64,000 nt of DNA from Anaeramoeba ignava BMAN (Eukaryota > Protista > Anaeramoebae). Every line of letters starts with the position of its first letter. Position 1 is the first letter of the stretch. The notes below the pieces were generated by a model. It was given only the letters and a program-made list of their open reading frames with translations. It was not told the origin of the DNA and searched no databases. A program made the position numbers and the translations under genes. The stretch covers positions 434,001 through 498,000 of the forward strand of contig JAPDFW010000070.1 in assembly GCA_028826165.1 (NCBI GenBank), read 5' to 3'. Shown piece by piece: positions 36,130 to 48,200 of this stretch.

Positions 36130-39100
36130 TTAGCCATCTGAATCACTATCATTAACTTTGGTTCCTAAACTATCCAAAGAAGGAACCTTTAATACTTGAG
36201 TTTTCTGTTGTTTTTTTATTATTATTATTATTCTCATATTTATTCTTAAGATCCGAAATTGCATTTTGTAAAATTTCAACCCAATCAATAAAATCATCAG
36301 AACTAGAAAAAACAAACAAAAACTTTTTCCTTGAAATTTTCATTATACAACTCCACTGAGCCAAATTGGACTTAGAAGAATAACTCAAAACACTGTTGTA
36401 ATTCAATTTAAGTGACTCAACAGGTTCTTTATCGACTGCATTTTTAAAAAGATCCAAAGTAAAGTTGCTGAACTTGACATAACGCAAATCTTTATTAACA
36501 ACAAAAAAACCACTCTTTTGGGTCGCAATAATCGGTGCTGAGGATTGCAACCTCTTCAACATCACAGGGGTTTCTTGATGTTTCTGTGATTCATCCACAT
36601 AATTTTTCTGAATATATTTATCATAAAAAAATATCATTCTTTCATCAAAATTCGCATTTGCATTTGGTTTTTCTTCTTTTGGAAGTGTAGATTCCCAGAA
36701 GATATTATTTTTCTCATTTCCAGAATCATGTAATGCAAGAATAACATTGTCGGGTAGTGAATACAAATCCTTGATTTCGACAATTCTTGAGAATTTTTCG
36801 TATTGTTCGTGGATTATCCCGCAATTTTCGCAAAGTGTCATTAATAGCTCAAGACTAACAAAGTGTATTTTCTCTATTCCACAATCTGCACACTTGTTGT
36901 TTTTCCGCAAGATTGTGTCAATAAGTATGTTCTTTCGGGCTAAAGTCAATTTATGTTTATCAGTGTATTTTTTGGAATCAATTTCCTTCATTTTTGTTTG
37001 TTTTGTGTTTTTTGATTGAAATTGAACACATAAAATCAAGTTGATGATATACAATGCTTTTTCGAGTGTAGAAACCTTAATAAAATAATACTTTTCCCAT
37101 TCAATCATTGGTGATCCGTTGTGGATCCAAATTTTGATTTCTGAAATTGGAATTTCTTGTTTTTGATCCTTTTCCATTTCTATCACCAAATGATTTAAAT
37201 AAAATAGGATTTTTGGAATAAATTTTTCTTGATTTTCATTTTCTTTTTCATTTTCTTTTTGATTTTGATTTTGATTTTCTTTTTGATTTTGATTTTGATT
37301 TTGATTTTCTTTTTGATTTTGATTTTTTTCTTGATTTTGATTTTGATTTTCTTTTTGATTTTTTTCTTCCTGTATTTCAATGCTATCAATGTGCACAATT
37401 ATTGGTCGCATTTTTTCCTTTGATTTCTTCTTTCCTTGATTCACTTTCTTCTGGAAATTTAGATTTTGCAGAAGACACTCCAAAATATTGATTGTCCAAT
37501 CCTTTGAAACTTCTTCTTTTTCAGGGAAAAAATCCCAAACTTTATTAAAAGATTCAATTGAAAAACTATAATTTTTTGAAACTTTAACTAATGTAAATTG
37601 GCTGAAATTGATTCTCTCAAGAGCATGATATGTTTCACCTTTTGGTTCTGTAATCAGCAAAAAATCAGAAAAAAGATAAAGACAAAAACGAGTAGTAATA
37701 TTTGATTTGGGAGCTCTTCCAAGTATAAGATCCTCCTTGATAAACTTCCCTATCCTTCGAGTATATTTTCTTGATCCCAGTAACCTTCTCTTGAATTTCT
37801 ATCATTTTGTTCATATTTGCTGCCTCTCCTTTCTTCTCATCCAAATATAATGCTTGTGTTTTAATTCGCGTATTTGCAACAGTCAAGTTTTGGTAATCCT
37901 CGTGTTTTTCATTGGTACTCTTGATTAATTCCCCAAGCAATAGAATGTAGCGCGGAACACGCTGAACTGGGGTTATTAGTAGTGATAGAATATTCAATCC
38001 TTCGCGTTTTTTGGAATCCATAAATTTCGCGAAATCTCGTTTTTTTGTTTGTAATTGATTGATTTGTTGGAATGCTATTGAATAATTATTTATGTAATTG
38101 GAATACACTTGGATATACGGTGCAAATTTTATGAATACATCCCCAATTAATGTTTTTTCATCCCAGTTCTTAAATCGTTCTTCCAATTGGGTCAATAAAA
38201 ATTTGTTGTAATTTAATATTTCTTCTGCTCCACAAAATATTTTTTTTAATTGATCTTTATGTGCTATTTTTTTCTTCAAAAGTTCGTAATAAATACCCAC
38301 AAATTGCTCTAAATTTTTCACATAATTCCTTTCTGTTTGATAAATTTCTTCCACAATATTTTTTCTTTTCTGTTCTTTTTTTTTCTGAGCTTCGATTTCC
38401 TTTTGTTTTTCTTCATCAATAATTGTTTCTTTTTGATTTTGTTTTTGATTTTCATCAATAATTGTTTCTTTTTGATTTTGATTTTCATCAAGATCTTCAA
38501 ATTCCAAATTTTCAATTTCTACATCATCCATACTATCAAAATCTGCACTAAAATTATCTACCTCATCAAAATCTAATGACACAAATTTTTGATCCAAAGT
38601 TGGTTGTTGTTGCTTTTGTTTCGCTTTTTCTTCTTTTTGGTTTGATTTTTTCTTTTCTTGTAATTTTTTATTTTTTTCTTTAATAAACAATTTATCATCA
38701 ATTTTATCAATATTTAATTCTTCAAAATCAATTGATTGTAATTTTTGATTTTTATTTAGATCTTCTTTTTGCTTTGATTTTTGAATAAATCTCTGGGATT
38801 TTTTAAGTTTCCTTTTTGGTTCTTGAATTGGTTCCTCAAAAATAAAGTCATGTTCGACTTCTTCAGTTTCAATTCTTTTAAACTCAAATGATTTTAATTT
38901 TTCGTTTATATTTATATTTTGATTTTGATTTTGATTTATATTTTGATTTTGATTTTGAATTAAATCTTCAAAAATAAATTCATTTCCAATATTATCCTTA
39001 TTATTTTGTGTTTTAAATTCTAATTCTTGATAATCTTTTTCTTTTGGAACTTGAACTGTCTTTATTTTTTGAAGATTTCCTGATTTTTTTTGATTAACTT

Positions 39101-41479
39101 TGTTTTGATTAATTGATTTATTTTGATTAACTGTTTTGTTTTGATTAACTGATTTGTTTTGATTAATTGATTTGTTTTGATTAATTGATTTATTTTGATT
39201 AACTGATTTGTTTTGATTAATTGATTTATTTTGATTAACTGATTTGTTTTGATTAATTGATTTGTTTTGATTAACTGATTTGTTTTGATTAACTGATTTG
39301 TTTTGATTAATTGATTTGTTTTGATTAATTGATTTATTTTGATTAACTGATGATTTTTTAGTTTGTATTGATTGAACCGTTTCATTATCAAAATTATTCT
39401 CATTTAAATCTCCAAATTTTGTTTCAATTCTTTGAATTCTTTCACGAACGCTAATATCTTGTTCTGAAATATTAATTGAGCTTTTTTTCTTCTCAACATT
39501 TGGATCTAAAATTGTTTTTTTTCTCTCAATTCTTTGAAAACGATTTTTTGAAAGTCTCCTTTGTATTGATCTTGAAACTTTAAGAGTTTGAGTGGTTTCT
39601 TTTTTGGGAGATTTTGTATCTGTTTTAGTTAATTCTTTTAAAGAAAAGATGATACCTAAAATTTCTTTTTCGTTTCCATTTGTGAAAGCTTTTTTTTTTT
39701 GAATTCAAAAGAAAGAGAATTCAGGTTATATATTTATTAATATATTTTTGGAATATTTTTAATATATTTTTTGGAATATTTTTTAATATATTTTTTGGAA
39801 TATATTTATTGGAATATATTTATTAATATATTTATTTATATATTTTTGAATATATTTATTAATATATTTTTTGGAATATTTATTAATATATTTATTAATA
39901 TATTTTTTGGAATATTTGTTAATATATTTATTAATATATTTATTTATATATTTATTTATATTTTATTTATATATTTATTTATTATATTTATTAATATATT
40001 TTTGGAATATATTTATTAATATATTTATTGGAATATTTATTTTATATATTTTAATATATTTATTAATATATTTATTGAATATTTATTAATATATTTATTA
40101 ATATATTTATTGGAATATTTATTTATATATTTATTTATATATTTATTAATATTTATTAATATATTTATTAATATATTTATTTAATATGTTTTTGGAATAT
40201 TTATTGGAATATTTATTTATATATTTTTGGAATATTTTTTGAATATATTTTTGGAATATTTATTAATATATTTATTAATATATTTATTAATATATTTATT
40301 AATATATTTATGAATATATTTATATTGGAATATATTTATTAAAATATTTATTTGGAATATATTTATTAATATATTTATTTAAATATTTATTAAAATATTT
40401 TTGGAAATATTTATTTTATATATTTTTAAAATATTTATTTATTAATGTTTTTATATTTATTGGAATATTTATTTATATTTTTGGAATATTTATTAATATA
40501 TTTATTAATATATTTATTAATATATTTATTGGAATATTTATTAATATATTTAATTTATTTAATATATTTATTTTATATATTTTTGGAATATTTATTATTT
40601 ATTATATTATTTATATTTTCTTGGAATATTTATTAATATATTTGGAATATATTTATTTTTTTTTTATTAATATATTTATTGGAATATTTATTTATATATT
40701 TATTAATATATTTCTTGGAATATTTATTTATATATTTATTTATATATTTATTTTATATATATATATATATTTATTGAATATATTTTATTTTTATATATTT
40801 ATTTATATATTTATTTTATATATTTATTAATATATTTTTGGAATATTTTTTGGAATATTTATTAATATATTTATTGGAATATTTATTAATATATTTCTTG
40901 GAATATTTATTAATATATTTATTAATATATTTTTTGGAATATATTTATTAATATATTTATTGGAATATTTATTAATATATTTTTTGGAATATTTATTAAT
41001 ATATTTTTTGGAATATTTATTAATATATTTATTAATATATTTATTTATATATTTTTTAATAACCTTCTGGCCCACAAGTTGTAAATCCATTTTGCCTTAA
41101 AAAGTTTAAACCAAGAGAAATATTTTCTCGATAAAAAGGTTCTTTTTTTGGATTTTTATTAAATCGAATTTTTTTTTTAAAAACAATTTCAATTAAATTT
41201 AAAAATAATGTTCCATCTTTTAAATCAGTTTTTAAATTATTTATTTTTAGTCCTCTTTTTGATAAATTTTCGTTACACCAACTTATCATAGACTAAAATA
41301 AATCATTTAGAAGTATATCCAAGAAAATTAAGAAATCAAATAAAAAAAAAAATTCCAAAAATTGTTCATAAATATTATTTATAAAAATAAATAAGAAAAT
41401 TGAATAATTAATTTCAAAAATTAATTGAAAAAGTTAATTCACAAACATCTTTATGTTTAGATAACTGTGAATTGAGCAT
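36130..41479 (-). CDS. Multidomain CH-RhoGEF(DH)-PH-ArfGAP-PH protein
   Basis: Exons 41479-41447, 41292-41064 (SMISWCNENLSKRGLKINNLKTDLKDGTLFLNLIEIV, CH domain) and 39688 onward (AFTNGNEKEILGIIFSL). DH: EEIYQTERNYV...LLITPVQRVPRYILLL. A +1 shift near 37750 restores PH KFIKE...CLYLFSDFLLI. ArfGAP CADC-x16-CENC; C-terminal PH with DWVEILQNAI. A probable second +1 shift near 36215 leads to the stop at 36130. Confidence 0.85.
39095..39350 (-). repeat. Coding 18-bp tandem repeat encoding (SINQNK/SVNQNK)n in the RhoGEF linker
   Basis: About 14 copies, in frame with the CH and DH domains. Confidence 0.8.
39730..41055. repeat. Intronic ~12-bp repeat (TATTTATTAATA/TTTTTGGAATAT)n
   Basis: Fills RhoGEF intron 39689-41063. 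Confidence 0.85.
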
Positions 41480-41625
41480 TTTAAATCTAATAAAACAAAC
41501 AGAACACAACTAGAAAAAAAAAAGAAAAAAAAAATGAATTTTTTCTTTTTAAAAATTTTTTTTTCCAATTAAAAATCAAATTAAAATTCAAATTAAAAAT
41601 TAATTTTTATTTAAATCAAATTAAA

Positions 41626-42335
41626 TCAATTCAACAAAATATCAGAATCTTTTCCATAATCAGATTCAGTATATTCAATAGTAACTTTCTGTTCCTGTTT
41701 TCTAAAAACAAGAGAATGAATAAGAAGAGAAAAAAAAGATAAAATCAATGCGCTTAATTGAAGTTGAAATGCAACACCATATTTTAAACTACAACCAGCA
41801 CTATGATCTTGTGTTCTATTATAAGTTGAACTTGAATTCCAACAAGCAGCAAAAATAACAAGTCCCAAAAAAATAAACAACCAACCGCAAAAACCTAAAA
41901 GAATTGATAATTTGGATGAATGTCGATATTCAAATAAACTGTTTGCTGAGAAAATAATCCCCAATAAACTGAATAAAATGTTCACAATCATTCCTGCAAA
42001 TAAAAATTTATCGTTTTTCTTGTAATAACATATTGATATATAATGTGGATCACAATAAACTTGATTTGGATTCGTTGTTCCTATAAAATTTCCTATTGTT
42101 ATATCGCTTCGGCCATTGAAATATAAACCATTAGAACAAGAAAGTTTCAATAAATTTGGTTCTCCAATAGAAATTCCAACCTAAATAATTATTTACAATT
42201 TATTTATTAATTAATTAATTTATTATTTAATTTATTTATTAATTTATTAATTTATTATTTATTTACAAAGAGCATTGCAAGAATTAAAAGGATAAAAGAA
42301 AATCTTTTGTAAAATTTTAACCAATCCATTTCCAT
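41626..42335 (-). CDS. Claudin-like four-TM protein, dispersed inverted member (A-like)
   Basis: Exon 1 42335-42267 (MEMDWLKFYKRFSFILLILAMLF), exon 2 42180-41626 (VGISIGE...IGNFIG...ICY...LKYGVAFQLQLSAL); same phase-0 intron position as the array genes. Confidence 0.78.
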
Positions 42336-42844
42336 TTTTGTGTTTTTATTTGTTTTTGTTTTTGTTTGTTTTTATTTGTTTTTTGTTTTTGTTTTTGTTT
42401 GTTTTTGTTTTTGTTTTTGTTTTTGTTTTTATTTTTGTTTTATGAAAAGAAAAAAAATGAAAAAAAAAAGTTTATGAAAAAAAGAATTTTTATTTTTTTG
42501 AAAAGAAAAAAAAATAGTTGAAACTTTTGTTTTGATTTAAAACGTTTTGAAACGAAATGAAAGTCAAATTTTGAAATGAGGAACCTAAAGAGAGAAAAAA
42601 AAATCGAAAAAAAAAAGTAAATCAGCTGATATTTGAAAAAAAAAAGATAGAGAAGAAAGTAAAAAAAAATGAAAATCAAAATGAAAATCAAAATCAAAAT
42701 CAAAAGTTCAAGTTGAAAGAAAGAACCAAAACTGATTATTTTTTTTCGTTTGTGTTTTGTTCCTCATTTTTTTTTGGAAGCTAAATAATAAATAAAAAAA
42801 TTAAAAATAAATTAAAAATAAATTAAAAATAAATGAATAAAAAA

Positions 42845-44818
42845 TTAATTTACTTCAAAAGCAACAGCGACACCAATCTTTCTTCCTCCGAATTCCTTTT
42901 CATTAAATTCAAGTGCTTTTTGTTGGTCTTCATGTGATTCAAATTCAACAAATCCAAATCCTTTACTTTTTCCAGTTCCATATCTTGCAATTTTGCATTC
43001 TTTGGTTTTGAACTTTTCGAATATTTTGGCGAATTCTTCATCTTTCATTTCAAATGGAAGGTTTGAAACATGGATTCTTGATTTGCTAAGTTCTCTTTGA
43101 TTTGGGACATAAGCAACACGGACACCAATCTTTCTTCCTCCGAATTCCTTTTCATTAAATTCAAGTGCTTTTTTCTGATCTTCATGACTTTTCAAATTCA
43201 ACAAATCCAAATCCTTTACTTCTTCCGTTTCTTAATCTGGCAATTTTGCATTCTTTGGTTTTGAACTTTTCGAATATTTTGGCGAATTCTTCATCTTTCA
43301 TTTCAAATGGAAGGTTTGAAACATGGATTTGAACATCACTGAATTCTCTTGGAGCTGAAACATAAGCAACACGGACACCAATCTTTCTTCCTCCGAATTC
43401 CTTTTCATTAAATTCAAGTGCTTTTTGTTGGTCTTCATGTGATTCAAATTCAACAAATCCAAATCCTTTGCTTCTTCCGTTTCTTAATCTGGCAATTTTG
43501 CATTCTTTGGTTTTGAACTTTTCGAATATTTTGGCGAATTCTTCATCTTTCATGTTGAATGGAAGGTTTGAAACATGGATTTGAACACTGCTTTCTTCTT
43601 TAGGTGCTCTTGATTGTCTTCTTCTTCTTCTTAATTGTTGGGGTTTTCTTTTTGGTGAGAATGAAGAGAATTGAGAATATCTTGAGTATCTTGGATAAGG
43701 AACGAATGACTAATATTAAAATTAAATTAAATTTAAATAAAATAAAATTAAATTAAAATAAAATTAAATTAAATTAAAATTAAATTAAATTAAATTAAAT
43801 TAAATTAAAATTAAATTAAAATTAAATTAAAATTAAATTAAATTAAATTAAATTAAATTAAAAATTAAAATTAAAATTAAATTAAAATTAAATTAAAATT
43901 AAAATTAAATTAAATTAAATTAAAATTAAATTAAAATTAAATTAAAATTAAATTAAATTAAAATTAAATTAAAATTAAATTAAAATTAAATTAAATTAAA
44001 TTAAATTAAAATAAAATAAAATTAAATTAAAATTAAAATTAAATTAAATTAAATTAAAATTAAATTAAAATTAAATTAAAATTAAATTAAAATTAAAATT
44101 AAATTAAAATTAAATTAAAATTAAATTAAATTAAAATTTAAATTAAATTAAATTAAAAATTAAAATTAAATTAAATTAAATATTAAATTAAATTAAAATT
44201 AAATTAAAATTAAAATAAAATTAAATTAAATACCATTGGTGGGAAATATCCTCTGTTATAATCTCGGAAAGCAAATCTTTGTTGTGGATATTGTTGATAT
44301 TGTTGTGGGTATTGTTGAAATTGTTGTTTGGGTCTGGTTAATTCAACTCTAATTGTTCTTCCTGAAACTTCAGTTCCATCAAGTTTGTCAACAACTTTTT
44401 TAGCTCCTCCCATATTTTTCATTTCAACAAATGCGTATCCTGCTGGACGACCTCTTTTTTGGGCGATTCTAACATTTACACTAAAAGAAGAATAACAAAA
44501 GAAATTTTTTAATTTAATATTTTTAATTTATATTTTTATTTATATTTTTATTTATATTTTTTATTTATATTTTTAATTTATATTTTTTATTTATATTTTT
44601 AATTTATTTATTTATATTTATTATTTATATTTTTTATTTATATTTTTAATTTATATTTTTAATTTATATTTTTTATTAATTGAAAATTGTTTATTTTATA
44701 TTTTTTTTGTTGTTTACACATCGGCAACTTTTCCAAACTCGGATTCAATTTCTTCTTCAGTCATATCAAAAGGCAAATTACCAATATAAACTGTTGGGTT
44801 GGACTTTTGTGTGTTCAT
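42845..44818 (-). CDS. RNA-binding protein with four RRMs (last three near-identical)
   Basis: Exons 44818-44718 (VYIGNLPF, RNP2), 44480-44234 (AGYAFVEM, RNP1) and 43709-42845 (three IHVSNLPF...KGFGFVEF units); +1 frameshift near 43190. Confidence 0.88.
43720..44230. repeat. Intronic (AAATT/AAAATT)n repeat
   Basis: Directly visible. Confidence 0.85.
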
Positions 44819-45225
44819 TGATTGCTTGTTTTGTGTCTTTTTATGTTTATTTTTTTATTTTTAATTTTATTAAATTTAGAAAAAAAAATTTTTTTTTTAA
44901 AAATTACGATCATTTAATTAAAATTTATATAACGTAATTTATAATTTATTTATAATTTATTTAATTTAATTTATATAATTTATTTTATATAATAAAAATA
45001 ACTTTTGATCTTACTTCTTTACTCTTTTAAAAGTAGGTGAAAACTGAAAAAAAAAAAATTAAAAAAAAAAATTAATTAAAAAAAAAATTTTTTTTTTGAA
45101 ATTATTAATTATTAATAAAAATTATTATTTTTATTCTAATTTTGACTAATTTTTTATTTTTTTTATTTTTATTTTTTAATTATTTTTTTTTTCATTTTTT
45201 TTTTTAATTAATTTTAATAAACAAA

Positions 45226-48200
45226 ATGAATAATTTCTTTTTTCTTTTTTTAATTTTTTCTTTAATTTTTTTACCAAATATTAATTCAAATTCAATTTTA
45301 ACATCAACAATTAAAACAAAATGGAATAAAACACCATTAATTATGGAAGCAAGTGAATTTTTTGGATTACAAAGAAATGATTTTTTTTGGAATTTTCTCA
45401 AAGAATTTAATAATCAAGTTCAAAAAAATGAAACTGTTTTTTATTCTGATAAAAAATGTTATGAAATTGTGAAAAAAATTGCAAAAAATTTTTTAACTGA
45501 ACTTCAAATTGATATTTTGGATTGGTCAATTGCAATTCATTATTTTAATCCTCTTGTAGAAATACATCGTCAACTTAGTAATAATGCATTTGAAAAATTA
45601 AGGTGAATTTTATAATTTAATTTTAATTTTATAAATGAATTATAAATAAATTATAAATAAATTTTAAATTAATTATAAATGAATTATAAATGAATTATAA
45701 ATGAATTATAAATAAATTATAAATGAATTATAAATTAATTATAAATGAATTATAAATGAATTATAAATGAATTATAAATGAATTATAAATTAATTATAAA
45801 TTAATTATAAATAAATTATAAATTAATTATAAATAAATTATAAATAAATTATAAATGAATTATAAATGAATTATAAATGAATTATAAATTAATTATAAAT
45901 GAATTATAAATTAATTATAAATGAATTATAAATTAATTATAAATGAATTATAAATTATAAATGAATTATAAATGAATTATAAATGAATTATAAATGAATT
46001 ATAAATGAATTATAAATGAATTATTAATTATAAATTAATTAAATTATAAATAATTATAAATAAATTATAAATAAATTATAAATGAATTATAAATGAATTA
46101 TAAATGAATTATAAATGAATTATAAATAAATTATAAATAAATTATAAATAAATTATAAATTAATTATAAATTAATTATAAATAAATTATATAAATGAATT
46201 ATAAATGAATTATAAATGAATTATAAATGAATTATAAATGAATTATAAATGAATTATAAATTAATTATAAATTAATTAATTATAAATTATAAAAAAAATT
46301 AATTATAAATTAATTATAAATTAATTATAAATGAATTATAAATGAATTATAAATAAATGAATTATAAATGAATTATAAATAAATTATAAATGAATTATAA
46401 ATGAATTATAAATGAATTATAAATGAATTATAAATAAATGAATTATAATTTATAAATGAATTATAAATGAATTATAAATTAATTATAAATGAATTATAAA
46501 TGAATTATAAATTAATTATAAATAAATTATAAATTAATTATAAATTAATTATAAATTAATTATAAATTAATTATAAATGAATTATAAATGAATTATAAAT
46601 GAATTATAAATGAATTATATATTAATTATAATTTAATTATAAATGAATTATAAATGAATTTTAATTTTATATATTAATTATAAATAAATTTTAATTTTAT
46701 ATATTAATTATAAATTAATTATATATTAATTATAAATAAATTATAAATTAATTATATATTAATTATATATTAATTATAAATAAATTTTAATTGTAAAAAG
46801 TCATTGTGACCCTTCTCTTCCTTTTATTCAAATCTCAAAAAAAAAATTCATTTGCTCACTTGATTCAATAGAAAAAGATATCCAAAAAATTAAGGAAAAT
46901 GAAAACAATCTAGAAATTTTTCCTTTCGATCACATTTTCCCAACCAATAACCAAATCATAAATACAAAAAACAAGATTACACCAATAATTCTCTATGCAG
47001 ATATAACACAAAAAACACATCACTTATGGATAACCAAAATAATATCGATAATTGAGAATCTTCCGGAATCACAAAAATCAATTCATCTTGTATTTCGTCA
47101 TCATTTAGTCAATTCAAAACTTGAAGAATTTAACGTTCAAGGATATGGTATGTTCCTTCTTCCATACAAAAACCCTCAATACGAAGATTTCTACTACAAT
47201 CATGTTCCTACTAGTGTTTATTTACAAACCCAAAATCATTATTCTCTTCAGGATACTCAAATCAAAAAAATCAAAAATGAACAAGAAAATTTCCATTTCC
47301 AAAATAAACAATTACTTTCTCAAATCAGAAATGAAATGCAAGAAGAATCCTATTCTAATATTGGCTTAAAAGTTGCGCAATTCATTTACCAATCTCAAGA
47401 TCCACTTGAATCTCTTGCATTCATTTCGCAAAATTTCCCTCTAATTTCAAACACAATTCAAAAAATTGAGATCGATAAAGAATTTCAAGATAAATTCGGA
47501 AAACAAAGTGATAAACGCAATTTATTGAAAGAAATTGTGAATCGAGAAAATATTGTTGTTCTTAACGGAAAACTCCTGCAAATTGAGAAAATCGACCCTT
47601 TTTATTTAACACAAAAACTAACAGAAGAAATCCAAAATTATTTTCTTCTTCAACAATTTTTCCAAGACAAGCTTCTTTTTATTGGAAATACATCATTTAT
47701 GCTTCAAATTTTGGATCAAAAACCGCAGAACCACGAGAATATTCGGATTTCTTTTGGATCATTTGAAGACAAAATCTTCTATTTGAATGACCAGCAAAAA
47801 TCAAATATCATTCCCGAAAATAACTCAATAGAATATTTAGTGGAGAATAAAATGACCAAATACGATCTTTATTTCACAAACAAGAACCTATACAATATAG
47901 TTTTAATGCTTGATCCATCAGACTCCAAATCACTGGATGATGTGATATCTTTTTATGACAAGATGACTGTTGGAACTCCTTTTAGATTTGGTGTTGTTTT
48001 TGGCAAAAATCTTGACTCAGAAGATGATATTAGTAATCCCCATAACTACGATGAAAATGATATTCCAATAAGAGATCTTGTTACAGGCTTGTTTGCTTAT
48101 TGTCGAGAAAAAGGTGGAGCTCGATATCCAATTAGATTCCTCGAAGAAATCATGAATATTGCCAGATCAATGACTGATTTTTATGAAAGTAGCGGAATAG

